Part shown: positions 53,410 to 64,000 of the stretch, one piece after another
Layout of the letters: each line of letters begins with the position of its first letter
How positions within the stretch are numbered: the first letter of the stretch is position 1
Source: Nitrospirales bacterium
GTDB lineage: Bacteria > Nitrospirota > Nitrospiria > Nitrospirales > UBA8639
NCBI GenBank assembly: GCA_965203295.1
Contig: CBDBCZ010000017.1
Span: 1,152,001 to 1,216,000 of the forward strand
Length of the DNA stretch: 64,000 bases
Direction: 5' to 3'
The notes under the pieces: model-generated
Told to the model about the DNA's origin: nothing
The model's input: the letters and a program-made list of their open reading frames with translations, nothing else
Databases searched by the model: none
Translations under genes and position numbers: made by a program

Positions 53410-53731
53410 GTTATATCACCCTCATGAGTGGTGTTGCTGATTTATAAGCCCGACACCCAAGGGCGCATAGCACCCGAGGGGGAGGGCTTATAAACTGCAA
53501 CAGCACGAGTGGAAGGGTGATATAACAGATTTATAGCCCGTTGCTAGGTGATTGCCTTTGAAGTTCACTCTTCACACCTGATATAGGCACTCTTCACACC
53601 TGATATAGGCACTCTTCACACCTGATATAGCTACTCTTCATACCGGATATAGCTGATTCAGCTCTTCTGGGGGTATGTTGCTGATTTATAGGGCCTCTAT
53701 AAACTTAGCAACCACCTAGCAACGGGCTATA
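53410..53731. repeat. Palindromic insertion with internal 21-bp tandem repeats
   Basis: gttatatcaccct..agggtgatataac hairpin; tatagcccgttgctaggtg / cacctagcaacgggctata; four copies of (c/t)actcttcacacctgatatag. Confidence 0.65.
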
Positions 53732-53744
53732 ATTGTAAGAAGCA

Positions 53745-55070
53745 GCACTACATTTTTCTCAGCATGGATGACAAACATTTTATTTCCGTTAATTGGAGAA
53801 CCAAATGCTGCTGTTGCATCACTTGGCAGGGACCGCCAAGTCCTAACTGCTGCAGGAACACAGGTAGTTCTTGATCATGATTTTACAAAGGCAAAGCTCA
53901 CACCATCAGTAGTTCTTGCCATAGATATTCCTGAATCTCACAGAATCATTTATCAAGGCGTTGATGTGAGAGATGTAATTTTCTCACCTTCATCTGCTCT
54001 CAAGCACTCACAGGAAATAATCAATATCCTTGATAAAACTCATCAAATTCAACTCGTTTTAGCACTTTACACTGATGGAGGACCAGACCACTGCCTTACA
54101 CTTCTTTCCGTTCAACGTGCATTGGTAGCCTTGTTTTGTCGTTTGAACCTTGACATGCTTGTAGCTACCCAAACGGCTCCAGGGCATATAGCTTCATTAA
54201 TCCGGTTGAAAGAATAATGTCCCTTCTGAACATTGCATTCTACGGTTTGGCACTTGAGCGCTCAAAACTTAGCGAGCAGTTTGAGAGTGTTTTCAGTAGA
54301 TGGAATTTCATGTCGGAGATCAGAAGCACAGCAGCCAACAACCCGAAGATGGATGAAAAATTCTGCAAAAGCCTAGCTGAACTGGTGTCAGATCGTTTCA
54401 GTCAACTACAGGTGCAACAAAGGTGAACAGTTTACTTCAGTGCAAGGTTCTACCGTCCCTGAAGAAATTACTGATCTTTCAAATCAGTCATGGATATCGA
54501 TCCGAATATTGAAATATCTGACACCACCCAGAAGGCCTTATCAAAATTTGAAGGGCTAAGGAGATTTTGAACACACATACCATCAGACATCACTATATAT
54601 ATATATTCCAAGTTAAGAAATGTGCAAACTGTGAACGTGAATTTGGCTGCAAGGCTGTTCTACCCCCAGATATGTTCTTAAAACTTGCTTGGGTTCCAGA
54701 TCCAGTCATTGTATCAATACAGATCGATATCTTCCTTTCCAGGATTTGTATAGGTAGATACAACCAAGGACAGGCCTGCTTTTAAAGAACCTGTGGAAGC
54801 TGATGTCAACCAAGGCCGGCCCCGTTCTACTGTTGTATGTTGTGTGTATTGTATGTATGTGATTTACTCAAGTTTCAGCTGCCGAGTGGGAGAATACGCC
54901 ATCTGCAAGGGATTTCAGAGGATTGCCTCCATGTGTGTAGCTCAACTCCCACTGACGTTGACTAGTAAAGAACCTCCTGTGGTCCGTGAAGGGATCAACT
55001 GCAACAGCCCCGTTGAATTTGCATACTACTTGTTCAAAGGAAAAACGGTAGCCATACCTCCTTAGTATCT
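53745..55070 (+). pseudogene. Degenerate Zator-like DDE transposase
   Basis: IGEP..DHDFTKAKLTPSV, YTDGGPDH, TAPGH(S)FINPVERIMS across a frameshift; Cys-rich C-terminus. Confidence 0.6.
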
Positions 55071-55607
55071 GAAACTGTGATCGTTGATTGAGGATATCTT
55101 GATACCTTGATTGCTTAAAGGCAACAGCACTCAACCTCGTCATTTTATTGAGGTCACACAAGAAGTCAGCATCCAAGTGACATACACCTGGTTGCCTCCA
55201 TGGAAAATATTAAAATTCAGTCACAACCACGTATGTGATGTCATGTAACATTAGCAAGTATTCATAAAAAGAATCACCCGGATTTGCAAGTATGGGTCAT
55301 GGATAATACACACTGAGTGTGTATGAAAGATTTCTCCTACTAGCTGCAAAAGTAATTGTGGCTGGGATACCAGTTAGCTTTCAGTATCAGGTATAGTGGT
55401 AGCAATAGGAATAGTTCTTAGACTAGTGGCTCATCATCATCATTTTTTGTGTGTAGTATGGCAGCCACATCCTGCATATGTCTTAGTCTCGCGAGCCAGC
55501 CCGGTTTTTTTAGAAGGAAAATGATTAGTATTCGGCTGCATACAATCAGTGGTGAAGGTTTAATAGTTAACCCTCGGCGCGCATGCACCGGAGGGTTACG
55601 GTACTTG

Positions 55608-55771
<164 letters not shown>

Positions 55772-57233
55772 ACGACTATTTGCGATCTACGCTGAACTAA
55801 CGGGGAAAATAAAAGACACCATCGCGTCAAGCGTCAAAATAGCATCAAAAATAAAATACGATTTTTCTGGAAACTGTCTAGATCGAAAGTTACGGCGCCT
55901 TTAGTCGCTTCGCAGGATCCGCCATTTTATTGCGAGGCTCGTATACTCTTTGTTACACTTGCTTACGTCCGCGTATGCAAATCGGCCTCGTGTTCTCTGG
56001 CGCACGTTGACCTGCGGTTGTGTAAAAAAAAGTGATCAGCTACGTCTAACGAAGCTACTTTGGAGTGCATCCACTGCGTGTGGTTGGTGACAATGGAGTC
56101 TGGGAGTCGTAAGTGCCTCAGAAAGACTTGTCCTATGTGTGATGCAACAGTGCATGTGAAGCGAGCTATGTGTGGTTGTGGCCATGCTTTCACTTTGAAA
56201 AGAAAGGCACGATGCTGTGTGTGTAGTGAGCCTGAAAAGAAAAGGAAGACCGATAGAGTCCGAAAAGCGAGAGGAAGATCCACTGAGACAGATCAACAGA
56301 CATTACAGAGACAAGAGCAGAATAGAACACGTATGGCTAGTGTGAGAGCCTCTGAAACTTGTGAGCAGACTTTACAGAGACAAGAGCAGAATAGAACACA
56401 TATATGGCTAGTGTGAGAGCCTCTGAAACATGTGAACAGACTTTACAGAGACAAGAGCGGAATAGAAAGTGCATGGCTATAGTGTGAGAGCCTCTGAAAC
56501 ATGTGAACAGACTTTGTAGAGACAAGAGCAGAATAGAACATGTATGGCTAGTGTGAGAGCCTCTGAAACATGTGAACAGACTTTACAGAGACAAGAGCAG
56601 AGCAGAATAGAACATGTATGGCTAGTGTGAGAGCCTCTGAAACATGTGAACAAACTTTGCAGAGACAAGAGCAGAATAGAACACGTATGGCTAGTGTGAG
56701 AGCCTCTGAAACATGTGAACAGACTTTGCAGAGACAAGAGCGGAATAGAAAGTGCATGGCTAGCACGAGAGAGCGTAGTGTGACACTGGAAGCTGCACTT
56801 TCCACATTTCAGTCTGAAGTTAAACTTGGGCCTAATTTTGTGTGTACATGCTGTCACAGGATGATGTACAAGAAAAGTGTTGTTCTTTGCAATGCAAGGA
56901 TTGTCAGGACAAGGAGCCAGTGAAACGAAACTTAATATATTGATGTTATTAATTGTATGCACGACTTTTTTTAACTCTGCTCTTCGCTCCCTTCCTGTCT
57001 TGTTTCCTGGGAAAAGTAATAATAAGATAATAGATAATAACCCGCCCGCCCGCCTGGTCATATTCCTAGGCATGCAACGGGAAACTAACAATTAATTTGC
57101 AGTGGCCTTAGGAGATGGGGGGGATGGCCTAATGAGAGTAATTACAGTTGGAATTGGCTGAGTCCTACTGGCAAGTGCTACTAGCTGGTTTAGTGGCTAT
57201 ATAACGCTTGCCTACTGTTCCTTTGCCAAGAGG

Positions 57234-57303
57234 GCTCTGGTAGTTCATTGGTAGGAGTATATATCTGACTAGTATTCAGAAGGTCCTGGGTTCAATCCCT
57301 AGT
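57234..57303 (+). mobile_element. tRNA-derived SINE-like fragment
   Basis: A-box-like ggtagttcattggtag and B-box-like ggttcaatccc; no intact cloverleaf. Confidence 0.45.
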
Positions 57304-57623
57304 GTGAGCGCCTCTGAAACTTGTGAGCAGACTTTACAGAGACAAGAACAGAATAGAGCACATATGGCTTGCACAAGGGCCTCTGAAACGTGAACAGACT
57401 TACAGACACAAAAGCAGAATTTTTGCACGTATTGCACCACACTTGGGGATATCAAAGCTAACATTTGTACCTCAAAAATATAGCGCTACGTGATGCCGTA
57501 TATGCCTGTATGCATACAAACACCGCAGCCATCTCCGCCGAGGGTTTGCGCTTTAGCGCCTTTCATTATGTTTGGCAATTGGTACTACATGTTTTTGCTG
57601 AACTTGTTTCTATGCCCCTGCAG

Positions 57624-60600
57624 CTCCATGTTGGACAGGCTGATCCAGCTTCATCACGGATTGAGACTGTTCTAGCTTCATCACAAATTGAGTCAGCACC
57701 CCACAGATTTGATGCAAGTAAGTCTGACCATCTCACAACTATAATTATGCACACTTTATTTTGTCTGGAGGGGAGCATAGGGATGAAGCTAAGTGGGGCA
57801 ACGCTGAGTTATATGTGCTACCAATCATGCGTACATGCATGTACCTCTATCCATAAGATTCAATAGGTGTGAAAATATAAACACCTTTACTCTCAGTCTC
57901 ACTATGGAACACTAGTGGCCTGTATCACTCACACAATTAGCATGTGTGATTGCAAATACATGTAGCTCCACCTACTTATACTGGCCAACCAGAAGTGAAA
58001 CTCAGTAATTTTGTAGTGTGCCTCCAGTTTGCAGCCATAATTTGCAAAAACAGACCTACAGTTGCATAATAACATATTTCTGCAATCTGAATACCGGTAC
58101 ACATGGAGACAAAAATGTACATTATGTAATTTCAGGAAAACACTTTGTGCCTGTTCTGCTGATAAAAAAGAGGAGTAGAGCACTGCAAAAAGAAAAATTG
58201 TTTTAACTGTATTGTTTACCTGTGTTGCAGATGTCTGAGTATGTGGGTAGGAGTTAGGACTCATTAGTTACTTCCTTATGAAGTTAACATTTCATTAACC
58301 GTGAAGTATTTTATTTGCATAACAAGTCTGACATTACATGTCTAAAAAAACAGCCGGGAACCTTTCCCATACAATACACACACCTCAGCTCAGGCCAAGC
58401 TAACTGCAGCTGTAGAACAACATAACTACCGTATATAGCGCTTAAATTTCGCTGGTCTTTAATTTCACGAATTTTGTAAATTTAAAGCGATTCGCAAAAT
58501 TATTTCAACAAAAACTTTTCACTTCCGCATACCTACTATCTATTGTTTCGATATATACTTCAAGAGCGTGGATAGGCAGTATCCGGGGTCCAAGTTGCCA
58601 GATCCACAAGAAACGCTCTCCAAACAAGTGCCCACGTCTGCGTTTTTTTGCGGCAAACAGCGAAGTCGCTGTACTTCAGCCAACTGCCGGCGCGAAGATC
58701 GACGTCGGGGAAGCATAGCCGAAAATGAGCGCGAAAAAGGCCAAAATTGGAAAGCGAGCAGCAGAGCATGGAGCGCTAGCTACTAAGCTTCCTGTAAATC
58801 TGTGCGCAGTAAGCTATAAGTTAACTCAGGTACGCTCCGCCCATTATTCATTAGTACGTGGGTGTGGCGGAACGAATTCGCGAAATTATTTCAACGAAAC
58901 GTTCAAAAACGGCTATTCGCGAATTTTTAGACTCACGAAATTTAAGCGCTATACGGTATAAGCAATCGAACGCAGCACAGCGAAAGTGCTGACTCGACAG
59001 TTTCGTTGTGCGCTTCCAGTTGGTAGCTATACATCACGAAAACAGGATTTAAAGCTGCCCACCAAGTTTTCGTGATAAGTGTGGAAAAAAGGACCATCCG
59101 GACCAGCCGTTCGCGTGCTGCACGCTAGATTGGGAATAAAGCTTGATTTATGTGAGCATTGCTGATAGCTAACCGGTGTGTGAACATTTATATTTTGTAT
59201 AATATGTACATCTCTTTTATATAGTTGTAGAATTCGATATTCTTCATGGCGTAGACTCTACTGGAAAAGTAAGACTGAGTACTGAAACCAACAAGAAGTC
59301 TGACTTTGAATGGAAAGGCTATGGACTGAAGCTTCACGTTCCAGAAAATGCACTACCACAAAGAGTTGACAAATGTACTCTCACCATCAGAGCCCTGTTA
59401 TCTTGCCATGCGCAGTTTGAACTGCCTCCGGAATGTATTCTTGCCAGTGCAGTGTATGAAATTAAAGCACCTGTTAAATTTGATAGACCAGTCACGCTAG
59501 AAATCCAACATTGCTCCTCCATCAATAGCACAGCCCTTTGTTTTGTTGTCGCACATACAACACGTAAGCTCCCATACAGGTTTGAGAAGTTGGAAGGTGG
59601 AATTTTTCCTTCTAACTACTCTTACGGGAGTATCTCGCTGGACAATTTCTGCTTTGTTGGAATTGTCAGATGGCTCCGTAGATTATTATTCACAAGATCA
59701 GTACCATTGCTACAGTACTGTGCTCAAATTTACCGCATCTGTCACCAAAATCCTGTTGACTGGGGGCTTCATTTCGTTATAACAAAGGATCTTGATTCTG
59801 AGATTACGGTATGTTCATTCCGAATTAAATCCAGCCAGCTAAATTATTATTCTTGGCATGCTTGATATGCTCCTGGTATATAATGTTAAAGCATACCATC
59901 AAATATCAACCACCTTTTACAGGCAATAAGAGAAAAGATTGAGGAAAAACATTCTGAAGTGGAAGTAGATGACCGATTCCCCGTTCAATTTCAAGATGAT
60001 GTAATCATTCTGAGCATACCAATGGATGGCGTGGAGATAAATGGGTGGAGAATTAGCTGTCGACATCATCCCAGTGTACGTTGTAAGACTCCGTATCATT
60101 ATTTAGTGATAGTCAAGTGTTTAATCTTTCATAATACAGATCACAAAGGAAGAGGTAGACAAATTTCAGTATTCATCTGGCAGTGCACTCGGATGTCTGG
60201 TTAACATTCACTGGACGAATGAACAGCAACCTGCATACTTCGAGTACAAAGAAACCCTTGATGGTGCAGAGCCTTCAAGAAATTTTTTCACTATCACATA
60301 CCCACCCCTACAAGCAGCAGGTAAGACTGGTCTATTGCTTGAAAGCCTTATAAATTTATTAAATATCCGTGTAGGTGTTGAGACATTGCAGGGACAAGCT
60401 TTTGTAGGAATGAGAAAATTATGAAGGACTGAGAACCCAATTGGTCTATCCCACAAACATTAAATTTGCTTTTCTTCTCCAACTTTAAAACTAGTCTTAA
60501 ATGCATGTGTTTCAGGTACTAGTAAAATTTTCACGAACAGTAAGAGTTTCTTTTGCTTTATGGTGTCATATTTAGACTTCAACATACGTACCCTTGAGCT

Positions 60601-62257
60601 TGTTCCCAGTCTGCCCGCTTTCTTTTATGTGTTTGAAGCATCTTGCATGTTGGCTAGCTTCGACAGACGATGTTAGCAGCTAGTGTCTGTGTAGGGCTTG
60701 CTTAGCAGAATAGAGCCATACTACTTATATTGGAAGTAACATATTATAAGTTTAGCCCTCTCGTCAGCTGATTCCTGCCCCCATATGTAGGCCTGAGCTA
60801 ATTGCTCATTCAAACTTACCTATTATTCAAATTCTTTATTCTTGCTTTTCTTCCCTTTTATTCAAGTGATCCTACCCGATTATTCAAATGATTATGACCT
60901 GCTATTCAACTTAAAGGAAGTTTTTTGATGGTGTTAGTGTTGTTTTAGTATGGCTTTACATAATTAGATTTAGTTTTAGTAAAAAAGCTAATAAAGAACA
61001 AGTATAATTTTAGTTTTAGTTAGTCAACTAAAAAGAAAAAAGGGTTACTAAAACACTTTTAGTATTAGTTAACCAAATCTAAACGTGTTGATTTTGGCGG
61101 AAAAAATATTAGTTTAGTTATAGTTTATTCACAGAGGCCAATACCCTTGAAGTTTTAGTTTTAGTTAGTTAACTAAATCTGTTTTTGCTCCAACTAAAAC
61201 ACTTTTTGTTTTTAGTTTCAGTTAACTAAAACAACACTAGTTGGCGTTGTTCAATGCAAAACATTACACACACACACACACATACCTTACGCTTACACGC
61301 AAGATGGGAGGATTTTGGGGGCCTTTAGCACCACAAGGATCAATACAGGGGGTGATAATAAATTATAGCCTGGCATACAGCCTCCTCCTCCATCGGCACT
61401 GAGTCACTGACCCACGCATAGTAGTTTAAAGGTCATGCCTAGATGTTAAAAGTGTGCGTGTGCAAACCAAACTTTCGCTTTCCTTACCGATTATTCAACA
61501 TCTGAAAAATCTCCCCTATTATTCAAAATGTTATTTGTGAATAATTAGCTCAGGCCTACCCATAAGGCCCATAAGAATTTATGGCGTAAATATAAAGTAT
61601 AGGCTTTTCAATACTTCCATGCAGCCATATCACGGCTACACTGGTGAGAGGGTAATATGCAAAAGTAATGTGCCATTGATAGCCATTAATCTGCTTTACA
61701 TGTACTGAAATGTGTTGAGGAAAGGCTAGGAATGATCCTCACATGACTACATGTACATAAATTATGTATCGACCCCACCCCTAGCTTAGTTAGGCTATGA
61801 TTATCTGTCATCTATTGTAAATTTTCTGGGCTTTCAAAACTTTATTTTGCTGTGAGTATTCAAGTTCAGATATTCAATCAAATTACACACAAGATAGTCC
61901 TTGAGCATTTTATTAGGATACATTGTTCTTTCTGTTCCTTCAACACATACAGTGAAACGTACACCTCCTACCGGCAGCACTGACAGTGAAATGACACTAG
62001 CAGTTCCAAAACTTGTAGACCTGGTTGAGCATGTCAAAACCACCTGGTGGTATAATCTTGGCCTGCATCTGGGTGTGAATGACAGCAGGCTACGAGTTAT
62101 TGAGAAAGATACCAGGGGAGACTGTCAGACTGGACGGAGACGCATGTTCCAGGAGTGGCTACGCAGCTGTGAAGAACCATCATGGGACGATGTGATTCGG
62201 GCACTTCGAAGAATAGGAGAAAGAAGAATTGCTGCTGAAGTATGCCAAAAGTTTTGA
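57624..62257 (+). CDS. ZU5-UPA-like-Death domain protein; exons (57624-57717 tentative), 59225-59808, 59923-60075, 60140-60320, 61953-62257; 5' end uncertain
   Basis: ZU5 (FEWKGYGLKLHVPENALP..SAVYEI..PVTLEIQHC), a UPA-like middle region and a Death domain (WYNLGLHLGV..LRVIE..MFQEWL..SWDDVIRALRRIG). GT-AG introns with consistent phases. Confidence 0.85.
58429..58956. mobile_element. pogo/Tc1-type MITE
   Basis: TA|ccgtatatagcgcttaaatttcg ... cgaaatttaagcgctatacgg|TA. Confidence 0.85.
60788..61558. mobile_element. hAT-like MITE with a nested second MITE (~60936-61239)
   Basis: TIR taggcctgagctaatt / aattagctcaggccta; 8-bp TSD cccata(t/a)g; inner TIR tagtgttgttttagt / actaaaacaacacta. Confidence 0.7.
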
Positions 62258-62952
62258 TGCATGGTACAAAAATTACATTGTGATGTCTTTTATTTTTTAT
62301 AATTAAATTTAATCCTACTGTTTGTGGTTGCATTCTTATGACTAATATTGTATAATACTTTCTTATATAAGTACATTGTACTTATTTTTGTACTATTTCA
62401 ACACTGCTGCAATTTGCTTGAATTGGTTAATTGGAATTAGGACTTTATATTTCAAGCACAAGGATCACTATATAACACATGCAAAGTAGCAGAAGTCTAC
62501 TTAAGCTACAGCATGCATAATTGTCCATATTATGCGCATGCATGATTGTGGAATTTGTGGACAATCAAAGAGTGGGTATACATGGATGGCAAGTTATAGT
62601 AATTACACAGCAACAGTATTAATAATTATTCTCGGAATATTGTGCTGCATAAATTTAATGATAGAGACGTAAACATATCATGCAGGATAAATATATATGT
62701 ACATGCACATGAACGGCTGCAGCATGCATATACAATGTCATGTAGGCTGCACAACATTGTGTACATGTCATGTAGATATAGCTGTGGTACATTTATATGC
62801 AGGCCATGGTATTTAAAAAAATACTAGCTTATAAAACAAGTCAAAAAAAAAAGCTGACAGCCAGCAGAATCATGCATGCAGGTTACATTATTATGATAAA
62901 AGAGTCCCTGAGTAGGTATATAAGACAGCCAAGCCACTTACTAAGACCTCTG

Positions 62953-63189
62953 CTAGTTCTGGCCCAGATAATTAGACTTCTCCAGAAAGTCCCGAACGTT
63001 GTGGTAGCCGGCGTCCCTGGCGGTATGGATCATGATCCCTGTGGGGGCGTGGCCCTTCTTGGGCAGGCAGAAGCTACAGTTGCAGATCCCCCGGCAGGGC
63101 GGACATACCCACTTGTTGTCCAGGAGGACCTTGCGCACGTCTTCTCCATAGCGGTTCTGGAGACAGGGGCCGCAGAACTGACCACGAAC
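62953..63189 (-). CDS. CDCA7: CDCA7/CDCA7L-like protein, last exon (zf-4CXXC_R1 C-terminal part); upstream exons not identified in this window
   Basis: [41 protein letters not shown]; polypyrimidine tract and AG acceptor at 63190. Confidence 0.9.
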   Translation of the reverse strand, partial: VRGQFCGPCLQNRYGEDVRKVLLDNKWVCPPCRGICNCSFCLPKKGHAPTGIMIHTARDAGYHNVRDFLEKSNYLGQN

Positions 63190-64000
63190 CTTGGGGGGAG
63201 GAGGAGGGGCCAGGAAGAGAAGAAATGAAAGACTACTATAGGGACAAGTGTAGCGTCATTATTATTATGATATTTTAGTTGCGGTCATGAGATATAACGT
63301 GTATCCACCACATGCTATATGATGTCTAAACTGTTCTGTGTGCTATGCTATGTGATCTTTGTTGAATCCGAATGAATCTGAACTACTAGTAGCTACATGT
63401 ATAGGAGGGATGTCGGACATTACACAAGCACTTATTGGTACAAAACATTCTAGAACAAGCTAGTCCACCCCTCATGATGAGTCTGACAATCTTTATCTGG
63501 GCGGTTGCTTCGTACTAAGGTTCTTGGCAATAATTTCTATCGTGCAGCGCCAAATTTTTTGAGGAGCAAGATTTTTGTGGTTTGCTGAAACATTTCTCGG
63601 AAAGAAAAATTTCGCAGACCAAGGATCCTTGATCGCCACGTAGTTTGAAAGATATATGGGTTGACAGTTTGCAGACCTTGTCGACATCGACTTCAGTCTC
63701 ATAGTTACATGCATGCTCTGCACTATGTACACGCGCTCAGACAATTACAATGTGATAATCGATCAACTAAAGACTCTCAAGTGCTTGAACGGAAATGGGC
63801 GTTATTTAACGTACGGTCGCCTGTGACGTGTTTAGACGGCGTTGCACAGCACTAGCAGCAGTGAGACTGGCTGGTTAGGACAGCTATTGCACCGCGCATG
63901 AATGGTAGAGGTTTTAGCTGTTTATGTGAAGCTACGCCTTGCATAAAAAAAAATGGCCTTCCAATAGGGGGGTTCGTGCGACCCCCCCTCCCCCTGCCCA

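Noticed and set aside
57234..57303. Functional tRNA gene
   Set aside because: The cloverleaf is disrupted and embedded in a repeat; treated as a SINE-like relic.
58231..58246. Micro-exon ATGTCTGAGTATGTGG of the ZU5 gene
   Set aside because: Phase-compatible with 59225 but gives a stop if joined after the 57624-57717 exon, and the donor is weak; unresolved without transcripts.
62953..63189. Functional link between CDCA7 (satellite methylation factor) and the nearby satellite
   Set aside because: CDCA7 acts in trans; proximity at ~15 kb is not evidence.

Overview
Eukaryotic (animal) genomic DNA, most likely from a demosponge. The taxon is inferred from the gene and repeat families, not proven. 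The window is intron-containing and repeat-rich. The most notable content is a ~5-6 kb tandem duplication (about 30-5150 and 6200-12165). Each copy carries a head-to-head gene pair: (i) an intronless secreted 210-aa protein whose C-terminal half resembles a plant BURP domain (the copper-dependent peptide cyclase family), and (ii) a 3-exon secreted 6-Cys peptide precursor that the ORF track misses or mis-calls. The two enzyme-like copies are nearly identical (5 aa differences), while the two peptide cores are strongly diverged. This is a candidate animal RiPP-like or defence-peptide cassette. Downstream lie a complete 7-exon TRAF gene, a degenerate DIRS1 retroelement with ITRs, a ~14 kb 248-bp satellite, CRE-like LINE fragments, Helentron-like elements, a Zator-like transposase relic and many MITEs. 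The window ends with a ZU5/UPA/Death-domain gene and the last exon of CDCA7. All exon calls were made by eye from GT-AG sites and phase continuity.
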